The notes below the pieces were generated by a model. It saw only the letters and a program-made list of their open reading frames with translations, made no database searches and was not told where the DNA came from. Of a DNA stretch of 32,000 nucleotides, positions 8,607-17,425 are shown piece by piece (the first letter of the stretch is position 1; each line of letters opens with the position of its first letter). Position numbers and translations under genes: made by a program. The stretch is from Candidatus Heimdallarchaeota archaeon (GTDB lineage: Archaea; Asgardarchaeota; Heimdallarchaeia; Heimdallarchaeales; Heimdallarchaeaceae). The DNA lies in assembly GCA_030668875.1 (NCBI GenBank), contig DAOVER010000012.1, positions 43,356-75,355 of the forward strand, read 5' to 3'.

Positions 8607-9779
8607 CTAGTATGTGTTTTCTAAATTATTCTCTGTTATGTACTTATAACATAACTTAGCTGTATCTTCCATCTTAAGGGCTTCTATGAAATCATTCATA
8701 TCAGACACGGCTTGAGCAATTATAGATTCTTTTGTGCTTGATTTAATATTTTCAACTTCATCAAAGAACTCTTTCCAAGCGTATTTAGAACTTTTAGCGA
8801 AAGTTGTATGCTCATCTACATCTGGTTTACTGTAAGTCTCAAGTACCCATTTCCTCATTTTTGCGTATAGCTCTGGCTCATTTACTTCGAGTATCTTATA
8901 AACTAACCTCTGCCAATGTGTACCTATATTGCCTTTAGCTATATTACCATGTGGAAATGTCGATCCTATAACGTTGACTGGAGTACCGGTAATGCCATGT
9001 TGTGCTATTCGAGTAGTATATCCTAACTTCTTAAATTCATCAACTATTTCTACAGTCCTTTGCACATTGATTCCTAATTGAGGTACAACTTTACCATTTA
9101 CATCAACACTGACACCATGAGTAGACCCATTTGCTATTGCAAGATAATCTAATTTTACACCAGATTTTTCTAAGGACTGAACGTAGTAAGTAGCTTCTTC
9201 AAGACTAGTAAATTCTGTGATCCCAATTTCTCCAACCTCCCCTTCCAGACCGTATGGTTTGTCACCCAACTTTTCTTTCAAAAAATCAAACAGAACTAAC
9301 CCTTTAGAAAGAATGTCCTTTAGTTGTCCGCTTACTGTAGATTCATTTCGATTAAAGAGAAAGGAAGTATCAATTGCATATCCAGAAAATCCAGCGTCTA
9401 TTCGAGCATTAATCTCCTTCATCACATTGGACATTTCTTCGTCAGTTCCCTTCTTTACAGTCAAGTGATCAGCGTGTAAAGCATAAGCATACCACTTTTC
9501 TTTTGCTGCTGCTGATTGACATCTGTCTGCAAATTTATTAGGGGTATATCCAGTATAACCACCACTCAGAGACATCTCACTCAATGCAAGTTCAAATATC
9601 ACAACAGAATTTGCTTGTTTTGCTGCTCTTAAAATTCCTCTAATAACTTCCTCAGTTGCTCTTGGATTTATAGCAGCAATGATTGTTTCTTCTCCTAAAA
9701 CTCCATTTGCAATAAAATTCATGGGAAGTGGAGTTCTTGGAGTTTCAAAGAATTCTATAATATCTTGTTCTAGAACCAA
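8607..9779 (-). CDS. fba: Class II (Zn-dependent) fructose-bisphosphate aldolase
   Basis: HADH, EGEVGEIG, ANGSTHG, AQHGITG and KGNIGT; TTG start with AAGGTG upstream; 11 nt from the class I FBPase gene (likely operon). Confidence 0.88.
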   Translation of the reverse strand: MVLEQDIIEFFETPRTPLPMNFIANGVLGEETIIAAINPRATEEVIRGILRAAKQANSVVIFELALSEMSLSGGYTGYTPNKFADRCQSAAAKEKWYAYALHADHLTVKKGTDEEMSNVMKEINARIDAGFSGYAIDTSFLFNRNESTVSGQLKDILSKGLVLFDFLKEKLGDKPYGLEGEVGEIGITEFTSLEEATYYVQSLEKSGVKLDYLAIANGSTHGVSVDVNGKVVPQLGINVQRTVEIVDEFKKLGYTTRIAQHGITGTPVNVIGSTFPHGNIAKGNIGTHWQRLVYKILEVNEPELYAKMRKWVLETYSKPDVDEHTTFAKSSKYAWKEFFDEVENIKSSTKESIIAQAVSDMNDFIEALKMEDTAKLCYKYITENNLENTY

Positions 9780-9945
9780 ATGATAACACCTTGTAAAAAT
9801 ATCATAAGCATCTTAATAATTTTTGCCTTCATATAGAACACAATTTTCATTTAACTGGAGGATGAAGATAGTACTAATACCTGAAAAATTGAGAGACCTT
9901 AGACAAAGTTTTTTATAAAACTACGATGAATAATGAGTGATTCAA

Positions 9946-10245
9946 ATGGTTGAACAAAGGAATCCCTTAACGGTTTTAATTTTGACAATTATCACATTTG
10001 GTATTTATGGTCTAGTGTGGTATGTAAAGACAAAGAATGAAATGAATTCTTTGGGAGCGGAAATCCCAACAGCTTGGTTTCTTATAATACCTATCTTGAA
10101 CATTTACTGGATTTGGAAGTATTGTGAAGGATATGCAAAGGTTACACAAAAGATGGATGCTATAACCTTATTTATAATCGAAATAATATTTGCCCCAGCT
10201 TTTATATGGATTGTTCAAGACGGATTGAATGAGAAAGCACAATAA
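9946..10245 (+). CDS. DUF4234-like small membrane protein
   Basis: RNPLTVLILTIITFGIYGLVWYVK pattern with further hydrophobic segments; ATG at 9946 (alternative GTG at 9937). Confidence 0.75.
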   Translation: MVEQRNPLTVLILTIITFGIYGLVWYVKTKNEMNSLGAEIPTAWFLIIPILNIYWIWKYCEGYAKVTQKMDAITLFIIEIIFAPAFIWIVQDGLNEKAQ

Positions 10246-10250
10246 ACTCA

Positions 10251-10273
10251 TTTTTTCTGGTTTTTTCTTTTTT
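10251..10273 (+). terminator. Oligo-T archaeal-type terminator
   Basis: TTTTTTCTGGTTTTTTCTTTTTT starts 6 nt after the stop at 10245. Confidence 0.5.
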
Positions 10274-10374
10274 AGAATTTTTTCTTGACGAATTTGTCTT
10301 TCCACAGTGTTTAAGACAGAGCAGTTCTATAATAGCATAATGCTTGTTACTTAAAAAAATAGGAGAGTAAAATA

Positions 10375-11370
10375 TTGAAATATAGAAAAGTTGGAAAATC
10401 TGGTCTTAAAATTAGCGAAATCTCTCTTGGGTCTTGGTTAACATATGGGGGTACAGTCGAAGACGAAACAGCCAAGAAGTGTATCGCTGAAGCAATTGAA
10501 AATGGAATAAATTTCATTGATTCAGCTGAAATATATGCAAAGGGTGGAGCGGAAAGAGTTATTGCCGATTTTCTCAAAGACGAGACAGTCAACAGAAAAG
10601 ATCTAGTAATCTCAAGCAAATTATTCTGGCCAATGTCAGAAGACATAAATGATTGGGGATTAGGCAGAAAAAACGTAATGAACGCAATTGAGGGGACATT
10701 AGAACGATTAAATACAGATTATGTCGATATCTACTATTGTCACAGATATGATTATTTGACTCCATTAAAAGAAACTGTTCAAGTCATGGACGATTTAATT
10801 AGAAGTGGCAAGGTACATTATTGGGGCACAAGTGTATGGACAGCTGCACAGTTAGAAAGAGCCGTTGCAATTGCAAAAGAATTTCATACTCATAAACCAA
10901 CAGTTGAACAACCACTTTACAATATGTTCGTAAGACACATTGAAATGGAAATCATGCCAGTTGCAAAAACTCATGGTATTGGTTTCACAGTATGGTCTCC
11001 ATTAGCTCAAGGACTTCTAACAGGTAAGTATAATGAAGGAATACCAGAAGGTAGTAGAGCTTCAAAATCTGAATTTCTTAAGAAAAATCTTACAGATGAA
11101 AACATTGCAAAGATTAAGAAACTAGTCGAAATTACTAAATCATTGGATATTTCTATGAGCCAATTAGCTTTAGCATGGATCTTAAGACGTTCTGAAATAT
11201 CGTGTGCGATTATTGGTGCAACAAAACCAGAACATGTAACAGAAAATGTTAAAGCTTCTGATGTGGTACTTTCAAAGGATATTCTTTTACAAATTGACCA
11301 AGTATTAGACAATGAACCTGAATGGCCATTAACTTATAAACCAAATTTATATACTGATAAAATGAGGTGA
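10375..11370 (+). CDS. Aldo/keto reductase (Kv-beta/YajO-like)
   Basis: GKSGLKISEISLGSW, IDSAEIY, SSK, DIYYCHR, GKVHYWGTS, EQPLYN, WSPLAQGLLTGKY and IIGAT. Confidence 0.93.
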   Translation: MKYRKVGKSGLKISEISLGSWLTYGGTVEDETAKKCIAEAIENGINFIDSAEIYAKGGAERVIADFLKDETVNRKDLVISSKLFWPMSEDINDWGLGRKNVMNAIEGTLERLNTDYVDIYYCHRYDYLTPLKETVQVMDDLIRSGKVHYWGTSVWTAAQLERAVAIAKEFHTHKPTVEQPLYNMFVRHIEMEIMPVAKTHGIGFTVWSPLAQGLLTGKYNEGIPEGSRASKSEFLKKNLTDENIAKIKKLVEITKSLDISMSQLALAWILRRSEISCAIIGATKPEHVTENVKASDVVLSKDILLQIDQVLDNEPEWPLTYKPNLYTDKMR

Positions 11371-11455
11371 AATTTCATTTTTCTCTTTTTCACATAAATT
11401 TTAAATAATTCAATGGAATCACTATCCGTAGAAAAACCCTGTTTTAGTGATATAA

Positions 11456-12793
11456 ATGGTAATGTTAAGCAAGCGTCAAAAGATTTTTTATGGAATATGT
11501 AGATTTGGAACTTCAATTTTTATGCAGGCTGTAACATTAGCAACAATATATATCTATGCAAATCATTTTGAACTAAGCCAAAATCTAAACGCAATCGGAA
11601 ATTCGGTTGGAAAAATCGTCATAGCTTTTTCTGGTTTTATTTTTGGATATATCTCAGATATTCTCCCATCATCAAAGTTTGGAAGAAGAAAGATATTTAT
11701 CTGGACTGGAGCACCATTATTAGCCATTTCATTTGTTATGTTATTCCTTCCACACTTATTCATTCCAATCGGTAACAACACTTCAGTATTTGTCTGGCTA
11801 CTAATTTGGAATTCATTGTTTAATCTCTTCTATGGATATCTATTGACTCCGTATCAATCTTGGATGCCAGAAATTACTACTGAAGAGGATAGAGTCAATG
11901 TGTCTGGATATCAAAACACTTCAAATCTAATCGCAACTGTAGGGGGATTGGGTTTTGTATTCTTTATTGCTGGAGGCTTAAGCGAAGAAGGAATATCAAG
12001 CTCTTATGGAACAATTCTCCTATTTGCAGTTATCGCTTTTGCAGTAATTGAAGTTATTATGTTCCTACCGATGCTTCTTACAATTAAAGAAAGACAAGTT
12101 GAGAGAAAAGAAAGGAATATTCTTAGAGAGTTCAAAATTGTGTTAAAAAACAAAAACTATGTAATCTGGTTTATTGCACAAGGGATTTATTCAATTGGAC
12201 TGACCATTTTACTTTCTTTAACCCTAGATTTGATGGGATTTATGGGATTTTCAGGTATTCTAGATTTCAGTGTTTTTGGTGTACTTATGTTTGGGATGGT
12301 GATAATCAGTTTTGTTTTTTGGACTAGGTTATCCAAGAAAATCGGGAAAAAATGGTGTCTTATCATTGGTTTTGCTTGTGTTATTGTTGTGTTACCATTT
12401 ACTCTATTTGTTGCGGAAATACCGTATAATATTGGTGGTTACTTATTCGGGTTCCTTCTAGGGATTGGATTATCAGTTTCATATCTATTTCCATATGCAA
12501 TTATTGGGGATATAGCTGATGCAGATGAAAGGTTAACAAAAGAATCACGAGCTGGAATGTATACAGGTTTCAATTCTATTCCTCTTAATATCTTCCAAGC
12601 ATTAGCATTGCTCATAATTCCACTGATATATGACCCTAATGAACCACTTGCTGGTGTAGGATTGCAGTGGCTGGGACCAATAGCTGCAGGATTTATTTTG
12701 TTGTCAATTCCTGTACTTTGGTTAGGAAATTTTGATCCTTTCATGTTGAAGAAAACAAAGAAGAATGAGGTTAAAGAAGAGGAGTTGTTGTAA
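11456..12793 (+). CDS. MFS transporter, GPH/MFS_2 family
   Basis: About 12 TM segments; GYISD...GRRK loop, PYQSWMPEIT, IGDIAD and G-x-YTG. Confidence 0.88.
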   Translation: MVMLSKRQKIFYGICRFGTSIFMQAVTLATIYIYANHFELSQNLNAIGNSVGKIVIAFSGFIFGYISDILPSSKFGRRKIFIWTGAPLLAISFVMLFLPHLFIPIGNNTSVFVWLLIWNSLFNLFYGYLLTPYQSWMPEITTEEDRVNVSGYQNTSNLIATVGGLGFVFFIAGGLSEEGISSSYGTILLFAVIAFAVIEVIMFLPMLLTIKERQVERKERNILREFKIVLKNKNYVIWFIAQGIYSIGLTILLSLTLDLMGFMGFSGILDFSVFGVLMFGMVIISFVFWTRLSKKIGKKWCLIIGFACVIVVLPFTLFVAEIPYNIGGYLFGFLLGIGLSVSYLFPYAIIGDIADADERLTKESRAGMYTGFNSIPLNIFQALALLIIPLIYDPNEPLAGVGLQWLGPIAAGFILLSIPVLWLGNFDPFMLKKTKKNEVKEEELL

Positions 12794-13659
12794 TGGGACT
12801 GCTATTTGGTATAAGACCTTTCGAATTTTCTGATTTTTTTAAATTATTCAAGGATGGAAATTTAGATTTATCGCGTTTGAATTATGTTGAAATAGTGAAA
12901 AAAAATATTGATGCTGGTTTCAAACACATTGAAATAACAGGAGATTTAGCTCATGTTCTACCAGGAATATTAACCCCTGCTATCATAGAAGAATTAGTAA
13001 AAATAAAAGAAGAAGAGAACATCTCATTTTCAGTTCATCTTCCTCTTTGGGCAATTGAACCTGCAGCTTTTGCTCCTGAAATCAGAAAAGCATCAGTTGA
13101 GACTTTCGTTAACTGTATCAACCTAACTAAACCCTTAGACCCTATTTGCTGGGTAATGCACGCCACTGGTGGTTTAACTGTTGAATTTATGAACATGAAC
13201 CTTCCAGAATTTGCTCATGCGATAATGATACAACAATTTACAGCACATGCAGCAGAGGCTATCAAACGAACTATAGAATTAACAGGAATTGAACCGAAAA
13301 AATTGGCAATAGAAAACATAGAATATCCTTTTGATATTATGTATCCAATCATTCAGCAACTAGACGTTAGTATTTGCTTTGATACGGGTCATTTACTCGC
13401 AGGCTTTTCAGGCAATATGAGTGTGATTGAGTTTCTAGAAAGTTATTATGACCGAATAATTGAGTTTCATATTCACGATGGAGAGTGTCCACGTATTGAT
13501 CACAAAACTTTGGGAAAGCATAAATTGCCAGTTCGAGAACTTCTACTACGACTGAAAGATAAGAACTATCAAGGACCTTTAGTATTTGAGCTCAGTCATC
13601 AAGAATCCTTAGAATCTATGGAATATATTAAGAAAATCGTACCTGAGGTTCTTGAATGA
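12793..13659 (+). CDS. Xylose-isomerase-like TIM barrel (AP_endonuc_2 family; possibly CbiR-like)
   Basis: VHLPL, MH, IENI, CFDTGH, FHIHDG, DH and FEL metal ligands; TAATG stop/start overlap with the MFS gene. Confidence 0.8.
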   Translation: MGLLFGIRPFEFSDFFKLFKDGNLDLSRLNYVEIVKKNIDAGFKHIEITGDLAHVLPGILTPAIIEELVKIKEEENISFSVHLPLWAIEPAAFAPEIRKASVETFVNCINLTKPLDPICWVMHATGGLTVEFMNMNLPEFAHAIMIQQFTAHAAEAIKRTIELTGIEPKKLAIENIEYPFDIMYPIIQQLDVSICFDTGHLLAGFSGNMSVIEFLESYYDRIIEFHIHDGECPRIDHKTLGKHKLPVRELLLRLKDKNYQGPLVFELSHQESLESMEYIKKIVPEVLE

Positions 13660-13796
13660 GTTTATCCGAATAACAATACTTGAAATAGAGGCCATCCTTG
13701 TTTCATTTCTTTCTATTGAATTACTTCTCAACAAGTTCAGTTTTTTATAATTAATTTCTTTCTAGTTTTCAAATGAAGTTTATTCAAAGTAAATCT

Positions 13797-14741
13797 CTAT
13801 TTCTTCTTTTTTTCCTTTCGTTTTCTTTTTTCCCGCTCTAATCTTTCTTTCTTATATTTTTTGAGCATTAGTTTATCCAATTGTTTCTCAGTCAAATCAG
13901 GTGGTTTCAATAGAGGTTCAGGATGTTCAATGAGTTCCTTAAGCAAATCAATAGTTGGACCAGTGTAGCTTCCTGGAGCTATTCGATCATCAATACCAAC
14001 CCTTAGATTCATTACTTTTCGGATTTTAATTTCATCAGTTTCTTCGTTTATTATTTGAGCTTTGTGAATTTTCCCAATTGTAATTAACAATCCTGTTGTT
14101 CCTAGTTCAAAGAGATGATGATAAACTGCTTCTACATCAATTGAACCTAAATGAGCTAGAAATGCGGTGGACCACATAGGTATATCTTTTGTAAATGCGT
14201 ATATTGGAAAATTGCGTTCATCTGTCCAACGCATAAACCAGAAAATGAATCTTATGACCCATCTTGGCATTGAACCCCAAAATTTAACATCTTGTTCATT
14301 TTTATTTTCGCCGAATCGAGACTCATATAGATGATAGGATACAGTTTTTTGAACAGTTTCCAGAGTGTCATATGGGTCAAATTCAATCATGGCATTCACT
14401 TCCTCCCCGTCTTCAGTTTTCTCTTTCTTAACGACAAAAGAAAGAATAATCTGGTTTCTTTGCCATAATCTTCTTCCAGATACGAACCTGTTTATCTTAT
14501 AACGTTTAGCTGTTGTTCTAACACACGCTGCTAAATAGATTTGAAAAAGGGTTAATTTGTCTTCTTCAGCCCGACTTATATTATACTCTTCCAAAAATTC
14601 GCGAGTATGTGTCAGATCAATTTGAGTTTTGCTAAAGATAGTACTATCCAGCTTCTTTCGCATAATGTAAAACTCAAGTTCATGGAATTTATTGGTTTTC
14701 ACCAATTCTGCATCAGGTCTTCGTGGCATTATAGATTGCAT
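13797..14741 (-). CDS. Stand-alone 2-oxoacid dehydrogenase E2-like acyltransferase domain
   Basis: E2 catalytic-domain layout (IDLT, LTLFQ...ACVR, INR, HLGSI, ITIGK, IDDRIAPG in place of DHRxxDG); no lipoyl or E3-binding domain; Lys-rich tail. True start may be the ATG at 14729. Confidence 0.75.
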   Translation of the reverse strand: MQSIMPRRPDAELVKTNKFHELEFYIMRKKLDSTIFSKTQIDLTHTREFLEEYNISRAEEDKLTLFQIYLAACVRTTAKRYKINRFVSGRRLWQRNQIILSFVVKKEKTEDGEEVNAMIEFDPYDTLETVQKTVSYHLYESRFGENKNEQDVKFWGSMPRWVIRFIFWFMRWTDERNFPIYAFTKDIPMWSTAFLAHLGSIDVEAVYHHLFELGTTGLLITIGKIHKAQIINEETDEIKIRKVMNLRVGIDDRIAPGSYTGPTIDLLKELIEHPEPLLKPPDLTEKQLDKLMLKKYKKERLEREKRKRKEKKKK

Positions 14742-14875
14742 CTCCTAATTAACTTAACTAGAATCAACCAAATTAAGTAACCTATGTGAAAACAGCTTCT
14801 ATTTAATTATTATCTCAAGAAGATGCACAAAATTGAAAATATACTTGTTGCACAAGAAGTAGTGATAAATCAAGC

Positions 14876-15511
14876 TTATTCTGGGGATCTTTCCATTAAC
14901 CAATGTCCGATTTTTGTATCAGGGATGGTTGTTTTACTTAAAACTTGAAATCCATAATGAAGATAGATATCAACATTAGTTTCGCTTTGAGTTTCCAAAA
15001 AGCAATAAACTTTGTCTTGATCTAATCTATTTAACATGGGTCTTAACAATTTGCTTGCATACCCTTTTCCTTGAAATTTTGGATCAACGCCTATTGGAGC
15101 TAAATAAATATGTGGAAAACTTGCGTGTTTTTTATGTAATGTAGAAGTGAAAGTTCCTATCTTTGACATTCTTACAATTGCATCTCTTCCAACTTTACAG
15201 TACAGCTTAAATCCTCCAGCCCGCATATTCCTCCAATTTGTCATTTCAATATTTTCTGAATAAACCCAAACTGCTAATCCTTCAAGATTAGATGATGTAG
15301 CATAAACTTCTCCATAAAGCAGTCCATAGTTTATCCTAAACTGGAAGTAGTGGTATAGATTTTGTTCTCTTGTCTCCTCTTCTGGAAACATTAACTTTGC
15401 TAAATTATCTTCAAAAAATACTTTCGAAAACAACTCCGCTGCTGAATTTAGATGATTTTTTCTTAAACGATACAAATCTTCAATTTTTTTATCCATCATA
15501 AAAATTTGCAT
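14876..15511 (-). CDS. GNAT family N-acetyltransferase (puromycin acetyltransferase-like)
   Basis: YLAPIGVDPKFQGKGYASKLL acetyl-CoA motif; CFLETQSETNVDIYLHYGF. Confidence 0.88.
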   Translation of the reverse strand: MQIFMMDKKIEDLYRLRKNHLNSAAELFSKVFFEDNLAKLMFPEEETREQNLYHYFQFRINYGLLYGEVYATSSNLEGLAVWVYSENIEMTNWRNMRAGGFKLYCKVGRDAIVRMSKIGTFTSTLHKKHASFPHIYLAPIGVDPKFQGKGYASKLLRPMLNRLDQDKVYCFLETQSETNVDIYLHYGFQVLSKTTIPDTKIGHWLMERSPE

Positions 15512-15555
15512 TAAGAGTTATATAAAACTATACAAAAGAAGGAAAGAAGATAAAT

Positions 15556-16800
15556 TTAAAATTTATCTGTATTCTCTTTTGCCCATTCATCTGGATCATA
15601 TTTTGGGGGCATACATCTCAATGGTTTATCTGCATAGTATCCAAGAGCATACCTAGCTTGAATGATTTTTTGTATTTCATTGGTTCCTTCGTAGATTGTT
15701 GCGCCTCGGACATTGCGATAATATCTGGCTACGGGATAATCATCACAGAAACCATAAGCACCATGTATCTGTATTGCTCTATCAGCACAACGAACTGCAG
15801 CATTAGTGGCATACCATTTAGCTAGACCTGTTTCTCTTGTATTCACTTTGCCTAAGTTTTTAGTCCAACCGGCTTTCCAAGTTAACAATTCAGCTGCTTC
15901 AATATCTGAAACACAGTCAGCAATCATTCCTTGAACGAGTTGATGTTGTCCAATTTTCTTTCCGAATGTTTCACGTTCATTTGCGTATTCAACAGCTGCT
16001 TCAAGTGAAGCTTTTGCACCTCCAACTGCACCTCCTGCAACAGTGTATCTGCCCCAATCAAGCCCAGCCATAGCCACTTTGAATCCCTCATCTGGTAATC
16101 CTAGAAGGTTTTCCTTTGGTACACGAGTCTCATTTAAGTGCATCCAACCAGTTTCGCCTGCTTTTACACCCATCTTGTTTTCAAGATTTCCAGTAGTTAT
16201 ACCACCAAAATCACGTTCAACAATAAAAGCTCTCATGCCTTTATGACGAACATCTACTTCGTAGGCGAATACTAGAAAGATATCAGAAGAAACAGTATAA
16301 CTAATCCACATTTTTTCTCCATTTATTACCCATTCATCACCATCAAGATAACAAGTTGTCTTAAGTCCAGCAGGATCACTTCCAGCAGAAGCTTCGGTTA
16401 AACCAAATGTGCTCATTTTTTCTCCTGCTGTTAATATCGGTAGATATTTTTTCTTCTGCTCCATATCTCCCCATTGCCAAATTGTGGATGAAACGAGTCC
16501 ATTATGGACACTTAGAATAACTCTAAAAGCAGTATCTATCCGCTCTAATTCTTCACAAGCAACAGCAAGTGAGATATAATCAAGTCCTCCTCCTCCATAT
16601 TTTACAGGGATGCTTAATCCCAATATTCCTTGATCAGCCATTTTTTTAAGAATTGGCTTGTAAAAAGTGTGAGATTGATCCCATTCTTTGATGTTAGGGG
16701 CAATCTCTGCTTCAGCAAATTCTCTTACAGATTGTTTGACCATCTTTTGTGTTTCACTCAATTCAAAATGTGGTCCTATTTCACTAAGTTGTTCGTACAT
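15556..16800 (-). CDS. Acyl-CoA dehydrogenase
   Basis: FGLTEASAGSD, NGEKMWIS, RETFGKKIGQHQLVQ, AIQIHGAYG and IYEGTNEIQ (catalytic Glu); AGGTG SD. Confidence 0.95.
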   Translation of the reverse strand: MYEQLSEIGPHFELSETQKMVKQSVREFAEAEIAPNIKEWDQSHTFYKPILKKMADQGILGLSIPVKYGGGGLDYISLAVACEELERIDTAFRVILSVHNGLVSSTIWQWGDMEQKKKYLPILTAGEKMSTFGLTEASAGSDPAGLKTTCYLDGDEWVINGEKMWISYTVSSDIFLVFAYEVDVRHKGMRAFIVERDFGGITTGNLENKMGVKAGETGWMHLNETRVPKENLLGLPDEGFKVAMAGLDWGRYTVAGGAVGGAKASLEAAVEYANERETFGKKIGQHQLVQGMIADCVSDIEAAELLTWKAGWTKNLGKVNTRETGLAKWYATNAAVRCADRAIQIHGAYGFCDDYPVARYYRNVRGATIYEGTNEIQKIIQARYALGYYADKPLRCMPPKYDPDEWAKENTDKF

Positions 16801-16878
16801 AAATAAACACCTAAAGGGTTAGATGAATATTGAACAGATGTTTCATAAAATTTTCTACACAGCTATGAGTAACAAAAA

Positions 16879-17304
16879 CTACTGAAATGCATTATCAATT
16901 AGTTTTTGGAAAAATTCCTTTGAGATACTCTCTTCTGATGATTTAACTAAGTTCCATTTCCCCGATTTCATCGCTTCAATCGCCCCAACTTCTACTAGAG
17001 CGCTGATATGATGAGATACTGTAGATTGAGAAAGGTTAAGAATATGTTCAATTTCACATGCACATCGAACACCATTCATTATTAACCAAAGGATTAGTAT
17101 TCTATTTTTATTCCCTAAAGCTTTAAACAATCCGAGAAGTTTCTTTATAGTTTTATCATTTTGAACACTATTCAGCTTTGTTTCTAGATTTTCCAATTTA
17201 CTTAATCGTCTTTCTGAATCATCAATGAAAACTCCTTGTTTATACAAAGAATCTAATTTTCCTCTCAATTCCTTCTTTGAAGAATTATAATCTACATTTT
17301 TCAT
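16879..17304 (-). CDS. arsR: ArsR/SmtB family transcriptional regulator
   Basis: FKALGNKNRILIL, CACE metal site and LSQSTVSHHISAL helix-turn-helix; divergent from the permease. Confidence 0.88.
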   Translation of the reverse strand: MKNVDYNSSKKELRGKLDSLYKQGVFIDDSERRLSKLENLETKLNSVQNDKTIKKLLGLFKALGNKNRILILWLIMNGVRCACEIEHILNLSQSTVSHHISALVEVGAIEAMKSGKWNLVKSSEESISKEFFQKLIDNAFQ

Positions 17305-17388
17305 ATTCTATTAACAGTTATTGCATAATTCCATAAAACTTTCTATTGGACTTGGTTAAGAGTAAAGTGTACCAACAATAATTTTTAT

Positions 17389-17408
17389 ATATCGATATTT
17401 TTCGATAT
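17389..17408. promoter_or_regulatory. Putative ArsR operator, 7-6-7 inverted repeat ATATCGA-N6-TCGATAT
   Basis: Perfect inverted repeat overlapping the 3' end of a TATA-like TTTTTATATA (17382-17391) and ending before the GGAGG SD of the permease. Confidence 0.65.
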
Positions 17409-17425
17409 GAAATGGAGGAAATGAA

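Noticed and set aside
11418-11451. ATCACTA-N20-TAGTGAT inverted repeat before the MFS gene
   Set aside because: Only 7 bp with a long spacer; plausible by chance in AT-rich DNA.
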